NCBI GenBank assembly: GCA_043228905.1
Contig: JBHGNT010000022.1
Coordinates: 12,214,001 to 12,278,000, forward strand
Direction of reading: 5' to 3'
Source of the DNA: Azolla caroliniana
Taxonomy: Eukaryota; Plantae; Polypodiophyta
Length of the DNA: 64,000 bases
Below, one piece after another: positions 26,447 through 39,740 of the stretch (position 1 is the stretch's first letter; every line of letters starts with the position of its first letter). A program made the position numbers and the translations under genes. Below the pieces are notes generated by a model. That model did no database searches. It was not told the DNA's origin and worked only from the letters and a program-made list of their open reading frames with translations.

Positions 26447-28715
26447 TGACCAACATTTGGCCAAATCATCATTTATTTTCAAATTTAGGTTTGCTCAGCT
26501 GATGTATTATATGGTAAATAAAAATTTCTAAAGTTGATGTTGATAGAATTCCAGTTGCTTTGAAGGGATTGATTAATCCTTCCCAACTGTTATGCTCCAT
26601 GGAATTTCAATTGATAGAGCTTTTAAAGATTCAATTGAATTTGTATAATATCCATATTTGGTGTATACATATATAATGCCTTAACAACATTCTTCAACAT
26701 TTGTTTCTGAACTAATGTAACGTTGGCATGTATTGTCTTGTATTATGTTTCTTTACTATATCAAAGATCCAAGGTTAATTTATAATATAGATATTTTCAT
26801 GTATGTCAAGCACTTTTTGTGCATGGAATGGTTTGATGTACACAAATAACTCAGTGATAAACATGAATACAAATTACAAGAACTATATTCCAATAAGCAG
26901 ACTACAAGGATTAATATATTGGTACAAGGCTGGTTTAGAAGACAACAAGGCAAGACCAGCCAAATAACTCAATGATAAACATGAATATAAATTATAAGAA
27001 CTATATTCCAATAAGCCGGCTACAAAGATTAATATCTTGGTACAATTCTGGCTTAGAAGACAACATGACAAGGCAAGACCAGCCAAATTAAAAGAATCAG
27101 ATGACTTTCAGAGGCTTGCTTGACATGCCTCTCATTAGGCTATTCTAGCCATGATGGAATTAGAACCTTAACCAAAATAAATAATGGTGATAGGACATGA
27201 GAATGTGCCAAAACATCAGGGATTAAAATCAATGGGCAAAGGAGATGAGAACCTTCTAGAAAGCTCTTTTCAAGAACTTCCAGTTGATTTCACATTATAA
27301 TTGATTTAAAGAATTCATGATTCGAGAACATCTTCTATCCTAATAGAATAGCCGATAAAATTCTAAATCTTTTTTCTGGGGTATTCTAAACACTCCCAAA
27401 ACCGTGAGAAACATTTTAGACCTCTTCTAACATTAAAATCCACAAGTAACATTTGAGCCTTGTTAGTCTTGACTTTGAAAATCCCCATTTAGGTATAAAA
27501 AGGGAGGCCAAGGGATATACTAATGAAGTTTTGAGGAAAAAAGGCCCCTTTTATTTTGCAAAACTATGGCCGTGAAACCTCTTTGGGAAGAAATATAAAT
27601 AGTTACATTTTTAAACATTTGGGCAAAACTATGGTCGCGAAACCTCTTTGGGAAGAAATATAAATAGTTACATTTTTAAACATTTGGGAGATTGATTGTG
27701 ATCTACAAGATGGAAACCACCTTGCCCATGGCTAGGATCAAATCTAGGTTCTCTCAATTTTATGACTTTGTCACAATGGTGCAAACCACCAAGCCAACAT
27801 CCAGAATGATGGAAGCGTATAGAAAACATATATGCATAAACCAAGAATCAGTGCATGCATTTTTTTGGATATAGTTTCCAAAAGCTTGCCTTTTACGTTG
27901 AGGAAAACCACACCTATCCCCATTTAAACTGATTCCAAGAATACATCAGAAAATCTAGAATTTCATGATACTCTAGAAAGTCAAGTCGGCTGTTTACAAT
28001 ATGATCAAACTTGTGACGAATGCCATAACAATTAACAACAGTAATTCTTGTGGTGGATGACATAGCTATTGATGTAGAGGTTCACGATATCCAAGAGTCA
28101 CGACCATCCATCTTTCACACAGCTCAAATGAGGACCTTATGGAATTTCGCATGTGCATCAGGATTCAGCATATTCACAAGATTTTGGGGGATCAAGAGGA
28201 TGGGCATAAGCCTAAGCTATAAATAATTGCAAAACTTAGCAAGTGCCTAGAATAGGAAGTACATGTGATCATCAATTGTAACACATTTACAATTTCACCT
28301 CTGCAGGAACAAAAGATGAATGCATGTTTTGTACTCATTATCAACAAAATGCATCCGAGAATGCCATCATACATCAACGAAAGGATGTTGTAATGTACAT
28401 TAAGCATTTGAATAAAGATTGTCAACCCTTTTCTCTTTGTCTTTTGATAAGTCATGGCATGAACATATGGATTATGCTTGGGATTATAATTGGTGAATGG
28501 CATTTGTGAATGATTAACATCTTTCGATGCATGACTTGAGTGATGAATCAACTGATGCATTTGTTCTGATACACTACAAAGATTCATTTTCATAGATGAT
28601 GAATTCAATCTATACATTTGATCATGAACTCAAAAAAACTCTGCATTAATTACAGACGAGCATTTATTAAGCATGTACAACAGGTAGCCTGTTCAATTGC
28701 CACCAACTTCGACGC

Positions 28716-29636
28716 TTACTCATCATCCAAGGAGAAAGTTCTTGTATATGATGTTCCCCGTTGCTGCCCCCCCTCAAGTATCTTTGCCACTACAATAGAA
28801 TACAAACACAAATAGCTTTAATTCTTTGGAGTAATGATAAAAAAAACACTCATCAACAAAAGTCCCTAAATGCCATGTTCATTGATTAATAAACAATACT
28901 TTATGAGAGAGAGAGAGAGAGATGGTTTGAACATTCTTATGAGTCATGTTTTTTTGTTTACTAATAATGAGAGTGAATCTTGTGAACCTAAAACCATGGT
29001 ATCGGAGTAAAATTTCCTGTAATTATATACAGACAGATATACATCTCAAACATGGCAGTTTGATTTGTAGAGAACTCAATACAATCACTTTCATGGTTTT
29101 GATGAGTACTTACATTTCGTTGATGATTTCACCACCACAATGCTCATGGGTTGATTGTTAGGAGGAAGTTGCAACTTAAGAGGAAACAATTTATTATTGG
29201 CATGGTTTGTAGCACATATGTAAACATCCTCTTCTATCCCAGTTAATTTCTTCAGTGTCTCTTTCAAGGTTCCAAGGTCATATCCTTCGAATGTGAACTC
29301 GGAATCAAACACTCTGGGGTTTTTTTCATCATCGTCATCATCTAGAATTGCATAACGTATAATCCTTCCTTCAAGTTTCGGTCGATGAGTATGAGAAACC
29401 TGGTATCATATTTGTTGATTAATAAAATAGTCAATTCAATGCATTTTCCCATTAAGCTGAAGCATCTAATCTTAATTCAATGCATTTTCCCATTAAGCTG
29501 AAGCATCTAATCTTAATTCAATGCATTTTTCCATTAAGCTGAAGCATCTAATCTATCTATAGATATATCTGTGTGAGTGAATGAGTTTGTGTGTGTCCAC
29601 ATATACTATATACATGCACACATACACATACAGTTC

Positions 29637-29677
<41 letters not shown>

Positions 29678-29743
29678 GGTTTTTTATCTGATTGATACAT
29701 GCATACATGCATACATACATTCATACATACATACATGCATTCA

Positions 29744-29779
<36 letters not shown>

Positions 29780-30533
29780 TACATACATACATTACATACT
29801 ACACACATGCATACACATATTACATCCATACATCCATATGGCACGTAGTCAACATGAACTTACATACCTCTGGATTTGGAGACGTAGTAGGTACTGAAAC
29901 ATCGATAGGAAATAACATGTTTGTAAAAGAAGAACAACTCGGAAGCGAATCAAGTTTATGGTGATTTGATCCATTTCCATCTGAATGAAGATCTGCCACA
30001 ATATCAATCTTCGGCATCGTACTATTATCTGAAGAAGAAACATCGACATTGTCGATTGGATTTTTCTTCACGGGAACGACATGGTTAATGGGATCGACAT
30101 ACCATGTAAGACCATCTTGGGTCATTCGATGTAGGGCATCATGTGTGACAGAGTCTCTCCATGGGGGTATCCCACCATTAGCCCTAAGATAATTTCCTGC
30201 TTGGGTGATTAGCTTAACCCCAAACCCTTGCTTTTCAGGTTTCCAAAGTATCTTAGATGGATCTGACTCAGAACCTATTAATTTCATTTGCAATACCTTG
30301 TGTCCTGTCATGCCTAACAGGAATGGCTCATTTGATGCATCGAGATAACACCCATAACAACTCTTTAACTTGATCACGGAATCATCTTTCTCATCGAATT
30401 CGACATTCCACTCTGCATTCCTGATTGATCCATTCTTGTTTTGAGAAACCATACACTCATCTTCTTCAGCATAGAGGTATTTTCTAAAGTAGCTTTTGAG
30501 CCTGATCTTGTCGGATTTCTTAAAGAATTCCAT
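28716..30533 (-). CDS. DUF569 / actin-crosslinking-like (beta-trefoil) protein with C-terminal ubiquitin-like DUF569-associated domain. Exons 30533-29868, 29399-29114, 28789-28716
   Basis: MEFF...IRLKSY..KYLYAEED...VSQ...W.VE, LKSCYGCYLDAS..PFLLGMTGHKVLQ, GNYLRANGGIPPWRDSVTHD. Exon 2 GRIIRYAI...FTFEG...KLFPLKLQLPPNNQPMSIVVV. Junctions in frame. Confidence 0.88.
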
Positions 30534-30738
30534 AACCCAACGAATTTTACTTCTTTATATATGTATATAAATAGAGGGAGAGAGATGCTCTGTTTCAGCA
30601 ATGGAGGAATCGATACCAATGGAGAAGAAGAAGAAGAAGAAGAAGAAGAAGAAAATCACCTGAGGAAAAGGTCTTCTCTGTGGGCACTGGGCAGATCCAA
30701 ATCACTTCTAAACGGAGAAAATGCCCCTCCGAATTACT

Positions 30739-31000
30739 CCCCCCCCCCCCCCCCCCCCCAATTGCCCCTGAGTTTTCCTTATTTCCCACTAATTGCCCCT
30801 CAGATTTTCCTGATTTCCCACTAGTTGCCCCTCAGATTTTCCTGATTTCCCACCAATTGCCCCTCAAAATTTCCTGATTGCCCCTCAAAATTTCCTGCTT
30901 TCCCATGAATTGCCCCTCAAGTTTTCCTGATTTCACACGAATTGCCCCTCAAGTTTTCCTGATTTCCCATGAATTGCCCCTCGGCTTTCTTGATTTCCTT
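30739..31000. repeat. Poly-C tract plus a ~34-bp minisatellite (AATTGCCCCTCA.ATTTTCCTGATTTCCCAC) upstream of the DUF569 gene
   Basis: About 8 TTGCCCCT-anchored units visible between ~30760 and ~31000. Confidence 0.85.
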
Positions 31001-31196
31001 GCCGATTCACCTTAGTTTTCTTTCATATCCTAGAGGCAATCTTGGTATTTGATCTAGACGCATCGACAACACACATTCTCTCAATACTTAGCCCGTAGAT
31101 GCAACGTGAGGGTTCAATTTCGCACCTTTTTTAACTCAAATTTCTCTCTTAGAATAGATCATGACCATGTTATTGAGTTGACGAATGTATAATGAT

Positions 31197-31485
31197 CTAA
31201 GATAGATAAATAGATAGACATTGTTTAGTATCCATAGAGAGGCCATATATTGATCCATGGCACCATTGTACACATACATACATAGGAATTTCTAAGAAGG
31301 GATACATTAGAAGCACAAAGTCTTGATGTGTGAATAGGGCATGCACATATGGCCTCAACCTTCTAAGCATTCTCCCTAGAGTGACACTCAAGTCACCCCC
31401 CCCCCCCCCCCCCTTAATATGTCGCCATACCCTCACGAATTGCACTATATGATTAACATGTAAAAAGCAAGTGATATTCATCCTC
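31197..31485 (-). mobile_element. 3' fragment of a non-LTR retrotransposon with a (CTAT)n-type tail
   Basis: Homologous to 33875-34190 (ttcatcctctactagccc, cacgaattgcactatatg, ctaagaagggat). ATAG repeats at the low-coordinate end. Confidence 0.6.
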
Positions 31486-31758
31486 TACTAGCCCTTCATT
31501 ATATACATTAATGCTTATATATTTCACGTATTCTAATGCCATAATTAGAGAGAGAGAGAGAGAGAGAGAACATTAATGCTTATATATGTTGTATGGGAAC
31601 TTTGTCCCCAAATGAGTTACATTTGTGTCGTTTTGTATTGCAACACCTTAGAAGGTTGCCCTTGCCACATCGCTACTTTTGAAGTAGTTTTGATAACAAG
31701 GTTTTTTGTATTGTCATGATTGTTTTAATATAAACATACATTTACGGGGAAAAAAAGA

Positions 31759-31925
31759 CCAATGGAGACCAAGAGGTCATGGGTTCAACCCCTACATTCC
31801 ACAATGGCATCTAGTGAATTAAAAGAGATATGTATAAAGTATGTAATAAAGAGGTGAGATAATTGGGTTTCGAACCCAAGACATAGTGCTTGTAGTATAA
31901 CAACTTACCACTAGGGTAAGGTACT
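31759..31925. mobile_element. Copy of a double-headed tRNA-derived element next to (AG)n
   Basis: Forward B-box-like GGTTCAACCC (~31782) and a reverse head GGTTCGAAACC...TAGTGGTAAG. Colinear with 34816-35003. Confidence 0.65.
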
Positions 31926-31926
31926 T

Positions 31927-31975
<49 letters not shown>

Positions 31976-32029
31976 ATTGTTATGAATAAAGAAAGCTTTG
32001 CATTTTGTTTTGCAACCTCTTCATTATTT

Positions 32030-33160
32030 GTATTGTAGAAAGGGATAATATGGGTGCATGGAACCATCTAACACCCCTAAGTGCTTGGGTGGAGTTGCAA
32101 TATTGGACTTATCTATGCATATGATGGCTCGGAGATTTTCATTATTCCACGACATGTTTTCAAAATGACAACCATGGATATTTGTTCAATATTTCATTGA
32201 GAATTAGTGTATAACAAATGGGAAGACAACGATTACGGCTTCATGGTTACAATTACTGAACGTAGTATTCCACTTAGGATTCCTTGCTCTTCATGTGCTC
32301 AACACTTGGTTGTCTCTAGGCATGAAGTGCTTTCGTTATTTATATGGAAACCATCATTTAGCAGAGAACATTGTAATTCTTTGCAAAAAGAGTTACTTGT
32401 GTCTTCTCGATTATTATGTTAGCCTTGAAAGGAGAGATTGTGCTCTCAATTTGATCAATTGTTATGTTTGGGGTTCAAAGAGGTGGGAGATATAGTTGAA
32501 GCTTGGCCTCAAAGAATTTTGGAGTTTGTTGAAGCGTGGATCATTACACATCCTGCCCAACTATGGGTTTATTTGGCAACAAGTACAAAATATTACATTG
32601 ATGCAAGGTCCTTTACATAGACAAATAGAACAACAATTGTGGGTTGATCAAAGTTTATAGGGTTAAATACCATAAGAATGGAAAGTACATAACTCTGAGT
32701 ATGGATAGTGGCAAATCTTAAACATAGTTGGCATTCTAAATTGCCACTTGTAGTGACGGTTTTCATTTGGAGAGACTTGATTGGAGGTTTGCATTTGGGA
32801 TTAGCTCTAAAGCAACGTGGACTAGCATAGCAACACACAATTGCTTCTTTTGCATTGTTCAAGTGGAAAATAGTGGGAAGATACTACTCATCATTTCATA
32901 CAATGTTCGATTATTTGTCAAACTTGGAGCTAAAATTTTCATATTTGGCAAGTTTTATCACAGTGTTATTTGACGCCAAGACAATGAGTGTCTGTACAAT
33001 TCACACAAGTTGACCAAAAATCAGAGATGGAAATCGTTTTCCTATTTCTGAGATATTGGGGACTACATAATAATTGGGATACGTGCCTAAGTGGAATACA
33101 TCCATTCAACATTTGTGTTTGATGGTAGGCATGGAGTCAAAGCATATCTACAAAAATTGA
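32030..33160 (+). mobile_element. Decayed L1-type ORF2 C-terminal remnant
   Basis: Colinear similarity to 54005-55470 (aaccatggatatttg, aattctttgcaaaaagagttacttgtgtcttct, gatattgggga). Many stops. Confidence 0.5.
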
Positions 33161-33685
33161 GATACACCTTAGTATATTACTTGAGAAATGTACATATAGA
33201 AAACAGAAGGAGACATTTCATCTCACCTCTATTGTGATACAAAGGCTAATACCAACATCTGATCAAATGGATGATATCATATAGGAAACAAGTGGCGCAC
33301 AAACTACAAGCTATGCAACAAAAAAGAAGATATGGCATAATTCCACCTCAGACTAGAGCTGTCTTTGAAAATAAGTGAAGCCCTTGCCATCGTTTCTTAA
33401 CGTCCACTTGATGTTGCCATAGAACATCAGGTGAACCTTGCAGATCATCATATTGACCACATAGTGTATGGACAAATAACAGCCAGAACTCAATAAGCAT
33501 GGTGCGTGGATGTATGTGAGCATTATTAAAAACGGCATCGCATCTCGCTTTTCATATTATCCAAAGAGCTAATGACGTAATAGTATGCCAAATAACCAGA
33601 TTTTCAATTCTAGACCGTGTAATAGAAGATAGAAATGAAGTGAGACAGAGGTGCCCATGAGAAAAATGAAAGACATGAGAAACAT
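33161..33685 (-). mobile_element. 5'-truncated inverted copy of the 3' end of the L1 at 39384-46499
   Basis: Reverse complement matches ~45950-46482 (e.g. gaaatgtacatatagaaaacaga, catttcatctcacctctattgt). The ORF 33353..33538 peptide is nearly the same as that of ORF 46104..46295. Confidence 0.85.
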
Positions 33686-33874
33686 GCCTAAAGTGGCAAT
33701 TTTCTTTCTTGGAGGAAGTTGAAATTCCTTGGTGGATTGGTCTTCTTGCCTATTGACAATTCAACAAGTTCCACTACCCATGAGTGGGACCATATTCTAT
33801 TGGGATACCCATCGTAACTATTGTTTTTCATGCATTTTTATTAGTATAATTGTGTGTTTCCTCCAACGAGAAAT

Positions 33875-34610
33875 AGATAGGATAGATAGATAGATATTTT
33901 TAGAGTTCATAGAGAGGCCCATATTGACCCATAGGTATTAGGACCCAAGTACAAACGTTATCTTGATGTGTGTTGCCTTCCTAAGAAGGGATATTCATAC
34001 TTTGAAGCACCAAGTCTCGATGTTTGAATAATGCATACACATATGAGCTCAACCTTCCATGTGTTCCCGTTAGTGTGCTACTCATGTCATAACCCCGTCT
34101 TAATATATCATCATAGCTTTCACGAATTGCACTATATGCAGAAGCATGTAAAAAGCAAACAATATTCATCCTCTACTAGCCCTTCCTTGCATACCGTACA
34201 TGTCTTTATATTTGGCTGATTTTGATTCCATAATGTAATTTCAATACCTAGGTTGCATGATCGAGTGGGAAGGAGTGTTAGGGATTTACGAGAGTTAATA
34301 CTCATGTTAGTAATGAGGTAAGGTTGAATATGATCAATAGGCCTTCTTGCCTTATATAGAACCCAACATTCAAGATTGATGTTTGCAATGTAATACTCTA
34401 ATTTTGTAATTTTAGCATCTTTCCACTTCTTCCTTAGTGGGTCCATTAATCTTTCCCCAATAACTACATATTTTATGCTAGCATCACTTGAAAGCTCTAT
34501 GAGATCTTTCAAATCCCATCTTTTGAACCATTTTTTGATGTCAACTACCCAATCAGATGAGAGAATTTTGCTCTTGTGATTCTTTTGTAGTTTGCATCCA
34601 ACATTCCAAG
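33875..34610 (-). mobile_element. Longer 3' fragment of the (CTAT)n-tailed non-LTR retrotransposon
   Basis: Remnant peptide with C-x2-C...EDEY zinc-finger-like end (CTVCKEGLVEDEYCLLFTC) in ORF 34132..34512. ATAG repeats at ~33875-33896. Confidence 0.6.
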
Positions 34611-34613
34611 CAT

Positions 34614-34656
<43 letters not shown>

Positions 34657-34776
34657 CCCATATGGATGTAGCTTAGTTGGTAAGGTTGCCCAATGGAGAC
34701 CAGGTGGTCATGGGTTATCAACCCCTGAATTTTGCTCTTGTGATTCTTTTGTAGTTTGCATCCAACATTCCAAGCA

Positions 34777-34808
<32 letters not shown>

Positions 34809-34815
34809 CCTAGAT

Positions 34816-35003
34816 GGATGTAGCTTAGTTGGTAAGGTTGCCCAATGGAGACCAGGTGGTCATGGGTTATCAACCCCTACATTCCACAATGGCATCTAGT
34901 ACATTAAGAGGATATGTATGAAGTAATAGAGAGGTGAGAAATTTGGGTTTCGAACCTAAGATGTAGTGCTAATAATGTAAACGACTTACCACTAGGGTAA
35001 GCT
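34816..35003. mobile_element. Double-headed tRNA-derived element inserted at (TG)n(AG)n. Its first head is also duplicated at 34663-34725, and a reverse-strand head lies at ~36345-36392
   Basis: Head 1 (+): GGATGTAGCTTAGTTGGTAAGG...GGGTTATCAACCCCTACATTCC. Head 2 (-): TAGTGGTAAG...GGTTCGAAACCC. Confidence 0.7.
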
Positions 35004-36419
35004 AATTACGATAAGAGAGAAAGAGAGAGAAAGAAAGAAAGAAAGAAAGAGAATTAATTCTAGTTGGAATGGTATTACAAATGACATGCTCAAAGCCCAC
35101 ACATGTCGTCTAACATTCTTGAAGTTCTCAAATTCAAGAGTGTTAGTCATCGATATCAATGTGTTTGCATGAAGAAAACCACAACGCATTGGGAATACCT
35201 CTTAAAGCATGCTAGCCTTATAACATCATAGGTAACATGTAACATTGCGACCATTGAATCAACCATCCTATTCATCAATCTAGTTAACAACCTCCGTGCC
35301 TTCGTGATTCCCCTTTGCTCTTGTAACATTCAACTTTCAAACTTCCCACCATGATGCTCATTTTGTCAAGATTATCCATATCTTTGACACTCATTCATGT
35401 TCGGCTCACCAAATTGTTATGATAATTATTCATAATGGATCATTCTGTGGGTAGAAACACTAGGGTTCTTGATTAGGAGATGAATGAATGAAGACATGTA
35501 CATGTATGATACTAATACTTTGAACAAGAATTCATAAATACGGTAGTGGTTGAAAATACAATACTAACAATGGAGGTGTGATGGAAACTGGTTGTAATAT
35601 CATATTGTGGTCGTAAAAGACCTCCTGTACAAAAAGTTGCGATAGTATATTAGACAACCAAAAACTAAATAGAGAATAGAGTAGAATTCCTAAGAAATCC
35701 CAATTTTAACATATCTCTTCCTTAGCTCCACTCGAAGTTTTGTTTTAGCTCTAAGTATTCTTGAATTTATTCTATTACAAGGAGGTGAGTGCCAATGATG
35801 CCATGTGGCACAAGCGGAAATGTGCACATGCTTGTTGCTAGCTAATTCCTAGGAGAGATCCTTGAGTATGAAGTATGAATGCATACTAATATTGACAATG
35901 TTAGACCCTATTGTGCACATGTGTACGTGTATAAAACCGTCCTTGTCCATCTGATTTACATTCACTCATGACCACAAACAATGCTTGTTTCAGAGTTGGT
36001 TTACATCATGTGCTAAAAGCAACATCACAACATTTCATACATTGCATTACATGTGTTGCACTAAATGACAAAACCATGTTTTTATATGAGTTAATTAGTA
36101 AAGCACACTCATTCATACATGCTATAATCTATCTCTTTGTATGTTATTCACACCATTTGTTCCATATAACATACCTCATATTCAGTTCGATGTGAGGTTG
36201 GGTATTGATCCACAAGGAGACTCATTGGCAATGCATGTGTTACTGCAAACAAGTTTGTGGGTATGAGTATCAACCTTATATACAATGGTCCACCTTCAAC
36301 CACATTCGAAATTGCTTTCCACAAGTTGTAATCAGATTTAATACGCATAAACCTCTTGGTCTCCATTGAGCAACCTTACCAACTGAGCTACACACACACT
36401 CTCTCTCTCTCTTGGTAAA

Positions 36420-39150
36420 TAACTATGTTCTATCATGAAAGTTGAATTACGGTAATATATGGATGATGATATCCTATGGGGTCACCACAAAATCAATGAA
36501 GGTTCTCTTGACATCCCTTATCTCTATCTAGAAGCATCCATCGTTATGTGGCTATATAATCCCAAGTAATAAAGGCCAACACAAATAACAGACGTGATGC
36601 CTTGCCAACCTACAAATCTCTATCTCCTCATCTAACAACCTCCCATAAGTTATCAATAAGGAAAATTGTTATACCAATATGCCTTTTAATCGTCAAATGT
36701 AACTTTCAACCCCATATTGAGCATAAAAAACAAAGGCATTCCCCATCCACCAATTATGCCATGATTCCCAAAACCTTAGGTATTAAAAAACTATCTCACA
36801 ATGTGGAGAAGGCATTCTCAACTGCACACAACCTAAAATGAAGTTTTTGACACTCTAGTTATAGAAGCCTAGATTGATTAATTGATGTAACTATGTTCCT
36901 CTAAAACTCTACAAAACAAAAACATTCTAGAAGCAATACTTTGTCTTTGCAAGGCAACTTCTAAATATAATCCACTCACCATGACCCTCCAAATAAATAC
37001 CTTAGCTTTGAAAGCAAGCCGAGATTACCATCCCATTTACTTTGCAACCACCGATTGGATCTCGTTAATCCCCATTGTTCGTTAAGTCATTCTCCCATCC
37101 ATGCATACCTATCAATTAGTTTATGATATGCAACACTTGTTTTGACTTTGACAAGCCTTTAATGACATGCAAATATCCAATCTACCTCAGGTGTAACCAT
37201 AGTCAAATTTGGAATTGGATAATGCAAAGGTGGAATTTCTTGCAATTGAGACCATTTCATAACATGATAATTTATGGGAACATGAAGCCTTGCCCTAGTT
37301 GTTCGAAAAACCATTATTATATTTTGGGTTCCCAATATGGCACCATGTGCATTAACCAAGCTCAAGCATGTCATATGTTTAAACTGGGGTAAACGGGAGA
37401 GCTTATCCTCCCATACCAAAAGATGAGGTGTTGCCAAGACATCAATTGCAAGGAATTTGTATTTTCCTTTTCAAGTGATTGATGTAGTCTAAAAAAATCA
37501 AAACACTCTATCAAGAAGCCAATAAATATTGAGTTATCGATGACCTTGCACATTTAATGTCTATCACTATTTACCACATGCCACAAAGAGCCTATAATTT
37601 TTGTCTTGTGTTAACTACACATTGTACATAAGATTATTCACGAGGACATTGGCACCATTGTAAGCACCGAGCTCAATGGAACATTAGAGGAAAAGAGAAT
37701 AGAACAAAAACTCATTTCCTTTCACAACTCTACGCCAAAGCGCCACCCCAATGTAAAAGAGGCCAAATCTCATTATAAAAAGTTATAAAAATATTATTGG
37801 TGACTTTTTAGCTCTTCTTCTCCTTGACTTTTAGATCTTGATATAGCTTAAGCGTAAGAGCTCTCCTCCTTAATCTTTCACTTAAGCGAGTAGAGTGATT
37901 AAGGTTAAGTGCCTATCTAGTTATATTGTTGTATGTGTGTTGTAAGCTCTTCTAGAAATATTATGTGTCATTGTTTTTATGTATGTGTGTTTGTTCCTTA
38001 AGTTAGTCTCAATACTTACTTAGTCTCTTAATCAAGAGTTAATAAGAAGAAATGCAAGTGAGTGCATTCACACAGTCAGGGCTGTGGAACTAGTAGCTCA
38101 AGAATCATTGACAAGTACTCTTGCTCGGTTCTCTACAAATTAGGTTTCTGGTGGTATGAATCCCTTGGCTCACAATATGGACGTGGAGGAAAAACTTAGT
38201 CGATTAATAGGCATACTCTCTTTATGTGCATGTCCCTCTAACAAAACCTTAAGAAAAGAGAATCTTCAAGCCACCACATGTTCATATAGATTTAAAAGTG
38301 CCACTTTACCATGTATTTTTTGGAGCACAAATATGAATCCATGTTACCGAAGTAAGGCATGATCTTTCTTTCCTCTTCCATAATGTGAACCACGTTGAGG
38401 TTGTTAACTTCTCAACATTCTTTTTTCTTTTTAGACCAAGGAACTAATGGTAAATAATATGATATGAATCATGATTGATTTGACAACTTTTAGTCTAGCA
38501 TGAAACAATTAAGCGTGTGATTTCCAATACATAAATTTGTCTACAATTCAACTAGATATCCAATCTAGGATTTTCACATTTGGCACATCCCAACCAATAG
38601 GATAACCTAAATGCCGACAAGTCATGCCATGTTGTACTACCACCCTTATCAAACCAAGATCATCTAAATTTCTTTCTAAACATGAGATGGTAACTTATTT
38701 ATCCATGTTAATCTTCAATATGAAAGATGTAGCAAACTATTCTAGCACCTCCATAGCCTTCATAATGTTCTCTCGCAAGGCCCCCAAAAACATAAAGCGA
38801 TTATCAAGTAATGCTTGCACAAAACATGATTTTTCCAATGGTAAGGAAAGTCCCACCAACTCTCTATCTCTAGCTACACTATGTAATATTTTACTAAATT
38901 CGGACGAGTCACAATACCAAAGCGTAAATAACTTAATGGGCATCCTTTGGTTTCGTTTTCTTCCCGGCGTCTTGTCTTCTCTCATTTTTGTGAATGAAAA
39001 ATGAATTTGTGGTTCATGAAATCTCGAAGAAAGTAGGAAGCAGCAAGGGTCTTTGAATCTAGCTTCAGAAATTCAAGATTCTCTTCGTTGATTCTTGGGT
39101 TTCAAGATATGAAGCATAACCATGACAAAAAACTATGCTAGCCTCTAGGT
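36420..39150 (-). mobile_element. Decayed LTR-retrotransposon gag/pol remnant
   Basis: Fragmentary minus-strand ORFs (e.g. 38737..38985) and a degenerate zinc-knuckle-like stretch near 37550-37590. Many stops. Confidence 0.35.
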
Positions 39151-39740
39151 GTTTGTAAGGCACAACATCCTTAGCTCTAAGTTGGGTATCGAATTGATTT
39201 CAAAATTGGAATGGGTCGGGTAATTCCTTCATTAAACATTGTTGTAGAATGCTTAGCATACAATACACGCAGAATAAATATGCTAAGTATTCTAACATTT
39301 AAAAAAAAAACTTAGAACATGTATGTATTTTACTGATAAAATAAGTTAAATACTTAGCATACATGTAAAAAACATTAAATGTTAAAGGATGCTCAATTTG
39401 ATCACTTATGTATTGAGTAATCTCTTAATTCTACGGTTGGTGAATCCCTCTGCATCAGACCCAGCGACCATATTCGGCGACCCTCCCCTATGTCTGAGCT
39501 TCACGGCCGCCGCAACAGAGGAAGGGAAGCAACCACTGGGCTACAAATTCGTTCTGCTGTGCTACAACATCTCTACCAACAGGTTTGATTTCTGCCTATA
39601 TTAACTTTGTATCCATCGAAGCAGATGAAATTAGTGGTGGTGGTGATTGGGGAAAAGTAAGGAGAAAGATTTGGAAGAGAAGAGAGAACGATTAATTAGG
39701 AAGTAGGGAGTCTTACAAACTCAGGACTAGAAGAGAGTCG

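Noticed and set aside
34816-34885. Functional tRNA genes (also 7440, 23050-23100, 26060-26110, 43280-43345)
   Set aside because: No proper anticodon arm and degenerate T-loops. They are interpreted as SINE-like heads.
39440-39545. Self-cleaving ribozyme in the GC-rich LINE 5' UTR
   Set aside because: Some pairing potential exists, but no HDV-like or hammerhead topology could be established by eye.
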